Positions 33,822 to 44,222 of a DNA stretch of 64,000 nucleotides are shown here, piece after piece. Under the pieces are notes generated by a model, which was given only the letters and a program-made list of their open reading frames with translations, did no database searches and was not told the origin of the DNA. Source of the DNA: a virus; IMG/VR virus record IMGVR_UViG_3300032236_001727, positions 1 to 64,000 of that record, one strand, 5' to 3'. A program made the position numbers and the translations under genes. The number at the start of each line of letters is the position of its first letter. Within the stretch, counting starts at the first letter, position 1.

Positions 33822-34713
33822 TTACTTTGTTTTTTAGATGATTTACTAATTGATTCCAGTTTAATTCTTTAGATTCATGTCTTCTATCTATATTGGTAAT
33901 ATATGAAGAGTAAGCTGATTTGCCAAAATATTTTCTATCTTCACATATAACTAGGTTTTCAACCTTATATTGGATAGCATTAGGCATATATCTGCAGCAT
34001 TCTATTATAAATGTGTCTATTGCTCCATATCCTTTAATATCTTTAGGAAATTCAATCCAGTCTAGTAATTTTTTAGAAAATAGAGTAAACCACCCCCCAC
34101 CAAATTTGAATATTTTTTGATTATTATATATTAAAGGTTTTATAGAAATCTCACCATATATAGGAAAAGAATCATCTATTGGATCATTAATTAATACATA
34201 AAAAGGATCATTAGATTTATTTATAAAGTTAGCATTTGTAACTACATTCCAGCTTTCATCCCATATTTTAACATACTCTGGTGTTATTATATATTCTGAT
34301 GTTTGGGATTTTGCTATTAAAGATGCTTCTAATATTGTGCTTAAAGTGTAAGGATTAAATATTATATCATTATCTAACATTATTGTACTATCGACATCAT
34401 ATTTGTAGATATTATTTATACACATATCGATACAACCCTTTACTTCTTTATCTATATAAAAATGACTTTCATCACACCAGTCTCCATATTTTTTAAGGTT
34501 TTCGAACTTATTAATGAAATAATCTTGTTTCAATATTGATTTTTCCCAATCAACAAAATGATCCGATACTGGATAAGTAACATCTAAAATGATGTAAAAT
34601 TTAGATTTATCTACATAGGATGCATTTTGTCTAAGGAGAACTAAAGTTCGTTCTAGATTATCTATATCATCCACCATTGGAAATAGATGAATTAATACTT
34701 TGTGTTTTTCCAT
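33799..34713 (-). CDS. Putative GT-A glycosyltransferase
   Basis: LDNDIIF DxD motif, GGGW, GYG..D; cluster context. Confidence 0.6.
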   Translation of the reverse strand: MEKHKVLIHLFPMVDDIDNLERTLVLLRQNASYVDKSKFYIILDVTYPVSDHFVDWEKSILKQDYFINKFENLKKYGDWCDESHFYIDKEVKGCIDMCINNIYKYDVDSTIMLDNDIIFNPYTLSTILEASLIAKSQTSEYIITPEYVKIWDESWNVVTNANFINKSNDPFYVLINDPIDDSFPIYGEISIKPLIYNNQKIFKFGGGWFTLFSKKLLDWIEFPKDIKGYGAIDTFIIECCRYMPNAIQYKVENLVICEDRKYFGKSAYSSYITNIDRRHESKELNWNQLVNHLKNKVNGTPESR

Positions 34714-34715
34714 AT

Positions 34716-35501
34716 TTAATCTTGATTCTTTTTGTAAAATCTTTTATGTTCTGGTTGATACCACTCATTTAATGAGGCTGGTACTCTTGAATAATATCCT
34801 AAAAATTGTTGTAATTTATCAGAAAGTGAATCCATTTTATCATATCCTATGGCTCTAGGATAATCCAGAAGTTGTTTCATAAAAGATCTACTAACAGTAA
34901 ATGGTATAGCTTTTCTATCAAATTTGGTTTTATTAGGAGCAGATGAATGCCATACATTAGCATTAAACACCAGTATATCACCTTTAGTTCCAACTGCTTG
35001 TACAGCATTATTGAAGAATTCTTCATCTGATGGTTTTCTTTCTTCTAAATGAGATTTAGGCAATAAATAAGTACCTCCATTTTCAACTGTAAAATCATCC
35101 AGCATAATTAAACAATTTAACATTACTGGGAATTCTCCAGAATAGAATCTAAGATCTCTGTGTACTATTGCTGAGAAATTAGGTTGATTTGGAAGATTAT
35201 TTAGAGCGCTTAGTGAATTTAATATGCAATTACTGTGGAAAAAGTTATCTTGTAAAGATTTAATAAATCCATTATCTAATAATATTTTTAAAAAATCAAT
35301 AAATGTGGGGCTACTTAACAAAGCATGAAGAGCGACTCCTTCTATAGCAACATCATTATTGTTTTTTATTTGAATATTTCTATGTTCAATAAAAGCAACA
35401 TTGACTGCGTCGGTTAATAAGCTTAACCATTCTTCATTTACTTGATTTTTGATGATTGTATATCCTTGTTCTTTTAGTTCTTTGCTTTGTTCTGTTGTCA
35501 T
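34716..35501 (-). CDS. PhyH-like Fe(II)/2-oxoglutarate dioxygenase
   Basis: HRD, LDDFTVENGGT..LP.SH, GD.LVF...WH...N...R. Confidence 0.9.
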   Translation of the reverse strand: MTTEQSKELKEQGYTIIKNQVNEEWLSLLTDAVNVAFIEHRNIQIKNNNDVAIEGVALHALLSSPTFIDFLKILLDNGFIKSLQDNFFHSNCILNSLSALNNLPNQPNFSAIVHRDLRFYSGEFPVMLNCLIMLDDFTVENGGTYLLPKSHLEERKPSDEEFFNNAVQAVGTKGDILVFNANVWHSSAPNKTKFDRKAIPFTVSRSFMKQLLDYPRAIGYDKMDSLSDKLQQFLGYYSRVPASLNEWYQPEHKRFYKKNQD

Positions 35502-36163
35502 TTTAAAAATTTTTCTTTTAATTCTCTACCTCTTATTACTTTAGCTGGATTTCCATAGGCTAGTACATTGTCAGGTAATGATTTTAAAACCACACTACCA
35601 GCTCCTACCACTGTATTTTCTCCAATTTCAATTCTATCCACAGCTGTTACACCTAAAGTTAAAGCTGAAAATCTTCCTAGTTTAACGTGACCTCCAGTAA
35701 GTGAGCCTGCTGATATACTAGAATAGTCAGATATGTAGCAATCATGTTCAACATGAGCTCCAGTAGCAAAAAATGTAAAATTTCCAATATAAGCTCCTGG
35801 GTTGAAGATACATCCGGCCATGGCTAGTATTCCTGTTCCTAAAGTAACATTATTGCCAATTACTACAGATGGATGAATTGCATTTATAAACTCAAAATCA
35901 GGTTTAATTCTCTCAATAATATTATGAACACAATAACGTGAATAATTATCTCCTATAGTAATTAAACCACCTTTAATATTATATTTTTCTATTAATTCTA
36001 ATAAGCTTTCTTGTCTTCCTATTATTTTATGTTTATATATAGTACTTCCTATTTCTTGTTTTGAATCAATTATTCCAATAATATTATATATATTTTGTTT
36101 TTCTATAATATCAATTGAATATTGTACTTGATTTCCACCTCCAATTAGAACTATATTTTTCAT
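35498..36163 (-). CDS. NeuD/PglD-like sugar acetyltransferase
   Basis: IGGG N-terminus, IGDN..R, IHPS, VEHD, hexapeptide repeats, GNPAK. Confidence 0.9.
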   Translation of the reverse strand: MKNIVLIGGGNQVQYSIDIIEKQNIYNIIGIIDSKQEIGSTIYKHKIIGRQESLLELIEKYNIKGGLITIGDNYSRYCVHNIIERIKPDFEFINAIHPSVVIGNNVTLGTGILAMAGCIFNPGAYIGNFTFFATGAHVEHDCYISDYSSISAGSLTGGHVKLGRFSALTLGVTAVDRIEIGENTVVGAGSVVLKSLPDNVLAYGNPAKVIRGRELKEKFLK

Positions 36164-36264
36164 ATTTATTTGCTTGCTTTCGTATAAACGCTGAGTTGTT
36201 AAAGTATTAACAGCGTGGGTATGTTAAGAATATTCTATATAAGGAAAAAAAATACATGAAATAG

Positions 36265-36996
36265 CTACTTGAGATTATTTTTTATCCATTCTTCAACTTT
36301 TTTGTTTGGGTTCTTTTTAAGTTTTTCTAAAATGTCTTCTTTACTATATTTAGTGGGGTTTTGAGAATATATAGGGAACTTAGAAAGATCAGGATAAGGT
36401 AGTTCTAAATCATCATTATTTTTAGGAGTTCCTCCATCGTAAAATTGATTCATAAGTAATAAACCTCTAGCTGAAAGTTCAGGTTGAAAGTAAAAATTCC
36501 ATCCAAGCATATCTAGGTTATCTTCATGATAAGAACATTCTCTTCTACCACTATACCTAGCTCTTTTAAACCACATATATGCTTCTTCACTATCTGTTAA
36601 TATAGCTCCACCTTTACTTAATTTAAAATGTTTATAAGGTCCAGTGAATGAAATACACATATGACTTTCAGGTTTATACATATTTGAAGTAAAACACAAT
36701 GCTGAGTCCCAGACATTACTTCCTTCTAGTTGATATGCTCCTTTAAGCATTTTACCTTTAACGGGCTTAAATTTTACTTTTAATCCAGCATGAATTATTT
36801 CACATGGTACTGAAGGATATGTTCTAGCAGGGATAGTAATTGTATCTGTTGTTATTGATTGTTTTACATTTTTTTCATAATATAAAGCTAAAAACAAAGC
36901 ATTACTTTGATTATCTACTGTAATAACATATGGAGCACCTGTATATTCGGCTAAGCGTTTTTCAAATTCTAAAGTAATATCATATACATTTTTCAT
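36265..36996 (-). CDS. DegT/DnrJ/EryC1/StrS aminotransferase (short form)
   Basis: FE..LAEY.GA, TYPSVP, DSA, SF...K...KGGAILTD. Confidence 0.85.
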   Translation of the reverse strand: MKNVYDITLEFEKRLAEYTGAPYVITVDNQSNALFLALYYEKNVKQSITTDTITIPARTYPSVPCEIIHAGLKVKFKPVKGKMLKGAYQLEGSNVWDSALCFTSNMYKPESHMCISFTGPYKHFKLSKGGAILTDSEEAYMWFKRARYSGRRECSYHEDNLDMLGWNFYFQPELSARGLLLMNQFYDGGTPKNNDDLELPYPDLSKFPIYSQNPTKYSKEDILEKLKKNPNKKVEEWIKNNLK

Positions 36997-37805
36997 ATTA
37001 GTTTATTTATTTTAAATGTTTCATTAATTGTATCTATTATGCGTTTTTCATAATCATAATAACTTAAAGCTCTTTGAAAATTATCTTCAATAGCTTGTTC
37101 TAAACTATTATAGTAATCAGCATCTAATTTATTAGATATTCTTATAAAATCATCTACACTTTTAAATTCAATAATACCATCTTTGTTAAAAAATTCAGTA
37201 ATATTTGAACAACCCCAATATATAGGAACCGTTTTTAATAGAAAACAATCCATTATTTTTTCAGTAAAATAACCACTATGTGAAGTATTTTCTATAACAG
37301 CTCCAAACATTGAATCACCAAAGATAAATTCTTTACCTTTTCGAGCATCTTCAATATTATATCTATCCCCATATGATTCATAAAAATTAGTAGGTATTTT
37401 TATTTCGTCTTTTCTAGCTAATAGTTCATGACGGAGAGAATGACCATATGTTTTAAGTAGTTTCCCACATAAATGAGATACTTCAAATTTTTTAGTTCGT
37501 GGTTTTGAATATTGTTCTTGAGTTATCCAAGTACATCCAAACGGGAAAAAAGCAGCATTATCACAATTATTTAATACTTTATCACTCCAAGTTAATATGA
37601 GAGAAAAGTATTGTTTATTTTGAATAGCCCAATCATGTAAACCAAAATATTCATTTGGTTCTTGCATCACTAATATGTTTATAGAAGATAAATCATTCTG
37701 TGATTTAGGAATATCATCTACAAATAAAGAAAAATCTACATGGCTTAAATTATTTAAGTCTCTTGTTATTCTATCTTGGTCTAGGTGGTTTACAAAAATC
37801 TTCAT
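36993..37805 (-). CDS. GT10-like (fucosyltransferase-type) glycosyltransferase
   Basis: IEN....YFTEKIMDCF...TVPIYWG. Confidence 0.8.
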   Translation of the reverse strand: MKIFVNHLDQDRITRDLNNLSHVDFSLFVDDIPKSQNDLSSINILVMQEPNEYFGLHDWAIQNKQYFSLILTWSDKVLNNCDNAAFFPFGCTWITQEQYSKPRTKKFEVSHLCGKLLKTYGHSLRHELLARKDEIKIPTNFYESYGDRYNIEDARKGKEFIFGDSMFGAVIENTSHSGYFTEKIMDCFLLKTVPIYWGCSNITEFFNKDGIIEFKSVDDFIRISNKLDADYYNSLEQAIEDNFQRALSYYDYEKRIIDTINETFKINKLI

Positions 37806-38815
37806 TATTTGTTTTTTACTTGTGAATTAATCCATTCAAATGTTGTTTTCAATCCTTCATATAATGGTTTGTTTGGTTCCCACCCCATTTTTTCTTTATA
37901 AAGCTTATTATCTGAGTTTCGACCTTTTACTCCGGTTGGACATTTGTAACCATATTTGGAAATAAATTCATCACCATATAAATTTTTAATAGTAATATCC
38001 TTACCAGATAATTCTATAGCCATATTAGCTAACTGATTTATTGTGACCATTTCTTCTGATCCTATATTTACAGGTCCTAAAAATTCATCTTGTCTCATAA
38101 ATCTTAATATAGCTTCTATACATTCATCTATATACAAGAATGATCTTGTTTGTTGTCCATCTCCCCAAACTTCAATTATGTCTCCATCTTTAGATTCAGC
38201 AGCTTTTCTACACATAGCTGCTGGTGCTTTTTCTTTACCTCCAGTCCATGTTCCATAAGGACCAAATATATTATGGAATCTAGCCACACGAACATCTAAT
38301 TTATAATTACGGTTAAAAGCTAAATATAGTCGTTCACTAAATAATTTTTCCCAACCGTATTCTGAATCTGGATTAGCTGGGTATGCTGATGATTCTTCAC
38401 AATTTGGGTTATTAGGATCCAATTGATTATGTTCTGGGTACATGCAAGCTGATGAAGAATAAAATATGCGTTTTATTTGTTGCATTACTGCTTCATAAGA
38501 TACATTTATATTAATTAGGGCAGAATTATGCATTACATTAGCATCATTATTACCTGTAAAAATATACCATGCTCCTCCCATATCTGCAGCTAGTTGATAT
38601 ACTTCATCAAATGGAGTTAATGTACATGAAGACATTACTTGTTTTACTATTAGTGGATTTCTTAGATCTCCTATAATAAATTCATCAGCGTATGTTTTTT
38701 CATATTCGGGATGTTTAAGATCTACCCCTCTAACCCAAAATCCTTCAGATTTTAGTTTTTTTACTAAATGAGAACCAATAAAACCACCAGCACCTAATAC
38801 TAAAGCATATTTCAT
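37805..38815 (-). CDS. NAD-dependent epimerase, GDP-mannose 3,5-epimerase-like
   Basis: GAGGFIG, LAADMGG, SSACMYP, YGWEK, EKAPAAMCRK, GVKGRNSDN. Confidence 0.9.
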   Translation of the reverse strand: MKYALVLGAGGFIGSHLVKKLKSEGFWVRGVDLKHPEYEKTYADEFIIGDLRNPLIVKQVMSSCTLTPFDEVYQLAADMGGAWYIFTGNNDANVMHNSALININVSYEAVMQQIKRIFYSSSACMYPEHNQLDPNNPNCEESSAYPANPDSEYGWEKLFSERLYLAFNRNYKLDVRVARFHNIFGPYGTWTGGKEKAPAAMCRKAAESKDGDIIEVWGDGQQTRSFLYIDECIEAILRFMRQDEFLGPVNIGSEEMVTINQLANMAIELSGKDITIKNLYGDEFISKYGYKCPTGVKGRNSDNKLYKEKMGWEPNKPLYEGLKTTFEWINSQVKNK

Positions 38816-39456
38816 ATATTATTGTATAAGTTGTTTTGTTTAATTTGTTTTTCTAAAGTTTTGGGATGATATAAACAAAAACGCTCTTCAAAAGGCAAAT
38901 AAGCATGAGATGCTATTCCTGTAAGAGTTTCATGTACTGCTCCACCCCACTTTATGTTAGACTTGTTATGGTATATTCTACCTTGGCAATCAGGATAATT
39001 TATATATTTTTGTTCACTTAATCTCCAACCCTGTGATTGAACGTATTCAATGACATTTTTTTCATCTCCTTCTAAAGTATTAATTCTAGAAACCCATAAT
39101 AGTTCTACTTGCGGATTATCTTGTAATATTGTATAAATGTTTTGAATCAAAAATTCATTAGGAATTTCATCAGCATCTATATTAAATATATGTGTTGAAT
39201 CTTGGGAGCAAAGTGAATTTAATTTATTTTTCCATTCAGCAAAATTTCCGGCAAATTCACCTTCATACCATGAAAAACTACCATCAACACAATGTGTTCT
39301 AAGATATTCTTCTACAGATTTAGAATTTTTAGATTTATCAAACAATACAACTATTTCATCTTGTTGTCTTTTATGTTTTAAAAGATGAGTTATAAGTTTT
39401 TGTATTTCTACATATTCATCACATACAGTAATGGTGTATGATATTTTTGTTTCCAT
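38812..39456 (-). CDS. Glycosyltransferase family 2
   Basis: IDADE, PD.Q.RI and W.G.VHE motifs. Confidence 0.85.
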   Translation of the reverse strand: METKISYTITVCDEYVEIQKLITHLLKHKRQQDEIVVLFDKSKNSKSVEEYLRTHCVDGSFSWYEGEFAGNFAEWKNKLNSLCSQDSTHIFNIDADEIPNEFLIQNIYTILQDNPQVELLWVSRINTLEGDEKNVIEYVQSQGWRLSEQKYINYPDCQGRIYHNKSNIKWGGAVHETLTGIASHAYLPFEERFCLYHPKTLEKQIKQNNLYNNI

Positions 39457-39471
39457 TTTTTATTTTTATTA

Positions 39472-39500
39472 ATATAATAAGATTTTTTTGGATTTCCAAA
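39472..39500 (-). promoter_or_regulatory. Weaker promoter variant
   Basis: TTTGG-N-TATTATAT; similar copies near 31515, 45672, 51578, 57570 and 61468. Confidence 0.5.
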
Positions 39501-39509
39501 TTTATTTTT

Positions 39510-39968
39510 TTAGATGGCACCATCTAACATACCAAGATATTCCAAAGCATCCATAAAATCCTTTTCATCAAATTGTTTGAGTGTGGTCATATCAGCTTTA
39601 GTTTTATAAAATTCTCCAGTTTTTCCAGGTATCGGATATTTTTTTCTATCTTCTTCTGATACTTCTACTTTTTTCACAGCAGACCATTTCCAACTAGCTG
39701 TATTTTTTCCGCTAGCATATACCATTCCTTTTTCATTGTCTATAAAAGTAGGCATCCATATTTTACCTTCATCGTCTTCTCCCATCAAAGCTTTATATAT
39801 GTCTGGGAGCATAGCAAATTGTTCTTCAAAAAATTGTTCACCTTTTTTCATTAAGGTATTAGTTTGATATCCACATCCCATACAAAAATAGTTTTTCATT
39901 TCTGGGGTTACTTGGGTTACGTAGCAGGCATCGCCTGAGCAGTTTGAGCATGTTATTAGATCTTCCAT
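39510..39968 (-). CDS. Zinc-finger hypothetical protein
   Basis: CSNC...C...CMGC. Confidence 0.7.
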   Translation of the reverse strand: MEDLITCSNCSGDACYVTQVTPEMKNYFCMGCGYQTNTLMKKGEQFFEEQFAMLPDIYKALMGEDDEGKIWMPTFIDNEKGMVYASGKNTASWKWSAVKKVEVSEEDRKKYPIPGKTGEFYKTKADMTTLKQFDEKDFMDALEYLGMLDGAI

Positions 39969-39969
39969 A

Positions 39970-40200
39970 TTATATATTGCTTAATGTGATTGAAATTTTG
40001 TATTTTATTTTTTCAGCATCTCTAACACCAAAAAAAACATCATTACTTTCAATATTTATTATTGGAGGAGTAATTTCTATGCTAGGCATGTTTTTGAGAG
40101 CTGTTTCTATTTGTGTAACTAACATATCTGGTATGTCGGTTTCTACTTCAGTAGGTGTAAAATCTTTAGGGCTGTAGTGTGTTGCTTTGTACTTTTTCAT
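39970..40200 (-). CDS. Hypothetical protein
   Basis: 76-aa ORF. Confidence 0.55.
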   Translation of the reverse strand: MKKYKATHYSPKDFTPTEVETDIPDMLVTQIETALKNMPSIEITPPIINIESNDVFFGVRDAEKIKYKISITLSNI

Positions 40201-40239
40201 AATGTTTATTGTTTAATGTGATTAAAATTTTATATTTTT

Positions 40240-41493
40240 TTAATTTGAAAGTGGTGCTTTTATTGTTGGGTGTGATTGATAATTACTTAGTTGTATGTCT
40301 TCTTCTATTAAACATTTACAAACAGTATTATTTTGTAAACTATCTAAAATAGATGTTGCACTTAAAGGTCCAACCCCACATTCTCCAGATTCTGTAGGCC
40401 AAAATTCTGTGTTGATGTTTAATTTTGGAAGCTGATATGGTTCTCTACCAATTTGTTCTTTTGCTTGTTCTACATGATTAAGATATAAGTGCGTGTCACC
40501 CAAGTTTCCGATTAGTTCGTCTGGAACCATGTTTGTAATCTTTGCAAGTATCTCTAAAAGTAGGCCATAAGAAGCTATATTGAACGGAAGGCCAAGGAAT
40601 GTATCGACTGAACGCTGGTTCCACATTAATGAGATTGCTCTGGTTGGAATATTCTTTTCATCTAAACATTCTTTGATTTTTTTTCTTCTAACATTCTTAA
40701 AACTTTGAACTTCTTCATAAATTAGTCTTTGTTCATTTTGAGTAAGAGTGTCCATTCTTTCTTTTTCACTCAATTCTCTTGTATAAACTTGAAACCCATA
40801 ATGGCAAGGTGGCAAAACGCAAGTATCAACTTCATCTGGATTCCAAGCTGTCACTAGCATTCTACGGTCATCTGGATTTGTTTTTAACTTGGTTATGAGG
40901 TTTTGTATTTGGTCTATACTATTAAAATGTACACCACTTGTGCCGTTGTGGTTTTGATGTTTCTTAGAAACCCTACCACCCCAGTCTCTCCATTGTGCCC
41001 CGTATATCAGACCTAAATCACCCCAATTATTAGCAAACTCATCATCAGTTTTGATTTTATTGATGAATTCTTCTTTTGAATATTCTTCAAATTCATATTC
41101 ATTGTTTTCGTGGTTGTAATTTGAACTACCGTATTCTATTTTATCTCTCTCATCTAATCCCCAATATCGTTTACAATATGATTTATAAGCATCACCATCC
41201 CAGATATGACAATCATTCTCTAAAAGATACTTTATATTTGTGTCTCCTCTTAAAAACCAAAGTAGTTCGGTTATGATACCTTTAAAGTACATCTTCTTTG
41301 TGGTAAGCAAAGGAAATCCTTCTGACATCTTATGTCTTATTTGTCTTCCGAATACTGAAGTGGTTCCAGTGCCAGTTCTGTCTTTTTTTACTGTACCGTT
41401 ATCAAGAATATCTTGAAGCAGGTCTGTATATTGTTTATCTAGTTGGTTTTTCATCTGATAAGTATTTAAGGTGTTCTTTTCCAAATTTATCAA
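40240..41493 (-). CDS. thyA: Thymidylate synthase; start probably MKNQ at 41454
   Basis: DRTGTGT, FPLLTTKK, ELLWFL, LPPCH, QRSVD.FLGLPFNIASY and GDTHLY motifs. Confidence 0.95.
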   Translation of the reverse strand: MINLEKNTLNTYQMKNQLDKQYTDLLQDILDNGTVKKDRTGTGTTSVFGRQIRHKMSEGFPLLTTKKMYFKGIITELLWFLRGDTNIKYLLENDCHIWDGDAYKSYCKRYWGLDERDKIEYGSSNYNHENNEYEFEEYSKEEFINKIKTDDEFANNWGDLGLIYGAQWRDWGGRVSKKHQNHNGTSGVHFNSIDQIQNLITKLKTNPDDRRMLVTAWNPDEVDTCVLPPCHYGFQVYTRELSEKERMDTLTQNEQRLIYEEVQSFKNVRRKKIKECLDEKNIPTRAISLMWNQRSVDTFLGLPFNIASYGLLLEILAKITNMVPDELIGNLGDTHLYLNHVEQAKEQIGREPYQLPKLNINTEFWPTESGECGVGPLSATSILDSLQNNTVCKCLIEEDIQLSNYQSHPTIKAPLSN

Positions 41494-41785
41494 TTATCAT
41501 AACAGTTTCAGCAATATCTGTTTCTGTAAATGTTAATTCATTATTATAGTAAGATGATTTATATAATTTACTACCATCACCATGCCTGCATTCTACGTAA
41601 GTTGTATTATCATCCCATAACAATATTCGTACAGTATATGAACAGTTTGGAAATCTTTGTAAGATATCTTTTTTTACTAGATCTATTTGTCTTTCTATCT
41701 CTTTCATAGCATGATTTTCATCAACATAATATGGATTTTTATCTCCTGTAAAAGGATCAAATTCAGGCATTGAATTATTATTCAT
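41435..41785 (-). CDS. Hypothetical protein
   Basis: 116-aa ORF. Confidence 0.6.
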   Translation of the reverse strand: MNNNSMPEFDPFTGDKNPYYVDENHAMKEIERQIDLVKKDILQRFPNCSYTVRILLWDDNTTYVECRHGDGSKLYKSSYYNNELTFTETDIAETVMIIDKFGKEHLKYLSDEKPTR

Positions 41786-41787
41786 AA

Positions 41788-42036
41788 TTAATACATTTTA
41801 AGTGTTGGATACTCTATGATGTCTACATATTTTAACTCAGTATTGTATTTTTCCAATAACACTTCATTAAGTAAGCTTTCTTTAGATATATTAGAATAAA
41901 CTATTTCAATTGTATCACCAAAACCAGCCATACAATGTTTACTAGCTATTTTCCAACCCCACCATTTTTTTATTTGCATTTTATAAAGAGGAGTGTCTGT
42001 GCCTGGTATCTCTATGTATCTTATTTTAAGTGTCAT
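41788..42036 (-). CDS. Hypothetical protein
   Basis: 82-aa ORF, Q.KKWWGW motif. Confidence 0.6.
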   Translation of the reverse strand: MTLKIRYIEIPGTDTPLYKMQIKKWWGWKIASKHCMAGFGDTIEIVYSNISKESLLNEVLLEKYNTELKYVDIIEYPTLKMY

Positions 42037-42350
42037 ATTATGATGATGTTGTTTTTTATTTATAAAGTATAGTTAACATCCAACCGTAGCTATTAGAATT
42101 TGTATGGATAGATATTATTTCAATAGGTTCATTACTAGCTATCCAACTATTAAATTGAGAAGTTAAATCATCTCCTGCTTTGTTGTTATTAGGTTCATTA
42201 TCAGTTGTAAATACTTTTATCATTGTTTTTTATTTATTTAATAAGTAATCTGTTACAATACAACTACCAACTGCTATAATAATTAAATGGATTATTTCTA
42301 TAGTTAAAATGACATATAACCACATTTTAATTTTTTTCTTTTTCATAACC

Positions 42351-42851
42351 CTAATATATTGATGTGTTTAGTTCAACAAAATTTGGCATCTTTTTATCAT
42401 TTAATGATAATAAAGAAAGATAGTCTTCCCAAATTGTATTAAGACCTTTGTTAAAAGAAAGAGCTCTATTTATTTTACTCCCCTCACCATCTTTATTATA
42501 AAAATGTTTTATAGTTTCATCATTACATTTAGTTTTAATAATCATGTCAGGGTTAAAAATACCTAATTGCATTCCTTTTCTCAGCAAACGAAAACATAAT
42601 ATACCCTCAACAATAAATGGAGCTCCCATTCTCTGATATGTTAAAACATCATCCATCAACGCATACAAAGATTCATCAGCACTGTTATATTTCACATAAT
42701 CATCAGATATTAATATAGGTCTACTAAGTTCATTAGCTATTTTTTTAGCAATGGTTACTTTTCCAGTTTTGGTGTATCCGCATACTACTATAGCGTTTTT
42801 ATCAGAACATTGTTTTATTAATTCTGGTGTTACTAAATCAGCTGGGTTCAT
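42351..42851 (-). CDS. P-loop nucleotide kinase-like protein
   Basis: IVVCGYTKTGKVT, ISDD and IVEG motifs. Confidence 0.7.
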   Translation of the reverse strand: MNPADLVTPELIKQCSDKNAIVVCGYTKTGKVTIAKKIANELSRPILISDDYVKYNSADESLYALMDDVLTYQRMGAPFIVEGILCFRLLRKGMQLGIFNPDMIIKTKCNDETIKHFYNKDGEGSKINRALSFNKGLNTIWEDYLSLLSLNDKKMPNFVELNTSIY

Positions 42852-44190
42852 TAGTTTGTGGTATTTTAAGTTTTGGTAATTCTATCTTTTTTACACCTGG
42901 TGATGCTAATTTAGGTAGGTTAAGAGCTATATGTTTAGGAAATTGAGGAATGTTTTTGTTTAATATTTCACCTAATTCTTCTTTCATTTTTTCATAACTA
43001 AAATTAGTTCTACTATAATATCCTTGACGTTTACCTTTTGTTTTCCAATCTTCATAGTTTTCAAATACATCTTTAAGATAATTTCCTATATAACCTGGAT
43101 CAGGGCTAAACCATTGTGAACCTTCTACAAGCATATCTTTTACTTGAGCTGATGGATGTATAGGTTTCAATTCACCAGGTATAAGTGCTGTGAATTCAGG
43201 ATTTAAAAAGTCAATATGTCCCGACCAATTAGATGTTATTATAGGTTTGTTAGTAACACTAAATTCAAGTAATGGTCTTCCAAATCCTTCACCTTTAGTA
43301 AGATTAACCATAGCTTTCACTTTAGGATGATTGTATAGTTCATTTATTTCAGAATCAGAAAATTCACCATGTATTATATATACATTAGGTAATCTTTGAG
43401 CAGAAACACTTTTACGAATCATGTCAATCTTCTTTTGTATTTCTCTTCTATCCATATATGATGCACCAGCACCACTAGTTTTCAGTATTAGAGCAGGAGT
43501 ATTTAGTTTATTTTTAAATACTTCATAAAAAGCTTTAACAAGAAGACCTACATTCTTTCTATCTTCGTTAATTTCACCTTGTAACCAATGTCCACAGAAC
43601 AAATAAGCAAACGATTCAGGAATATCATTTATATCATCATACAAATCAGTGTATTCAAATTCATTTTTTTCTAATGGTTTATATACATCTAAATTAACAC
43701 CTTCAAATAATACTTCTATAGGTTTTTCTGTCTTGATATTTTTTAATAATTGGTGTGTTTTGTTATCTTTAACTTGATATGATGTTTTTAGAAAAACATC
43801 TTTAGAATGTTTTGAAGATACTATATTAAGATCCATTCTATTTATACCTTCAATCCATTGAGGAGCACATACTGTGGTTTCTATTCCTGCAGTTATAAGA
43901 CAATTCCATTTCCCAACAGGTTGAGCTTCAGATGGAATAGTTATCCAAATCATTATATCAGGTTGATATGAAAGTTGAGGTTCAGGATGGATATATTCTT
44001 TAAGCCAAGTCCATTCAGGATTATCATCCAAAAACCCAGCGGGACAATTTCCCCACCTACATGGTATGATTTTTACATCCCATTCTTCTTTTTTCAATTC
44101 TATGATTGCTTTAACTTTATCACGAGAATTAGCAGAGTATCCACTATATATGTCTACAGGAGCATATATTACTACACGAACTTTATTCAT
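42838..44190 (-). CDS. GT-B (family 4-like) glycosyltransferase
   Basis: SGY, DRKN, KGEGFGRPLLE, WSGHIDF. Confidence 0.9.
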   Translation of the reverse strand: MNKVRVVIYAPVDIYSGYSANSRDKVKAIIELKKEEWDVKIIPCRWGNCPAGFLDDNPEWTWLKEYIHPEPQLSYQPDIMIWITIPSEAQPVGKWNCLITAGIETTVCAPQWIEGINRMDLNIVSSKHSKDVFLKTSYQVKDNKTHQLLKNIKTEKPIEVLFEGVNLDVYKPLEKNEFEYTDLYDDINDIPESFAYLFCGHWLQGEINEDRKNVGLLVKAFYEVFKNKLNTPALILKTSGAGASYMDRREIQKKIDMIRKSVSAQRLPNVYIIHGEFSDSEINELYNHPKVKAMVNLTKGEGFGRPLLEFSVTNKPIITSNWSGHIDFLNPEFTALIPGELKPIHPSAQVKDMLVEGSQWFSPDPGYIGNYLKDVFENYEDWKTKGKRQGYYSRTNFSYEKMKEELGEILNKNIPQFPKHIALNLPKLASPGVKKIELPKLKIPQTNEPS

Positions 44191-44222
44191 TATACTTTTA
44201 TTTTTTATTAATAACTAATTTT

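Noticed and set aside
40240-41493. dCMP/dUMP hydroxymethylase
   Set aside because: Retains canonical ThyA motifs including PFNIASY
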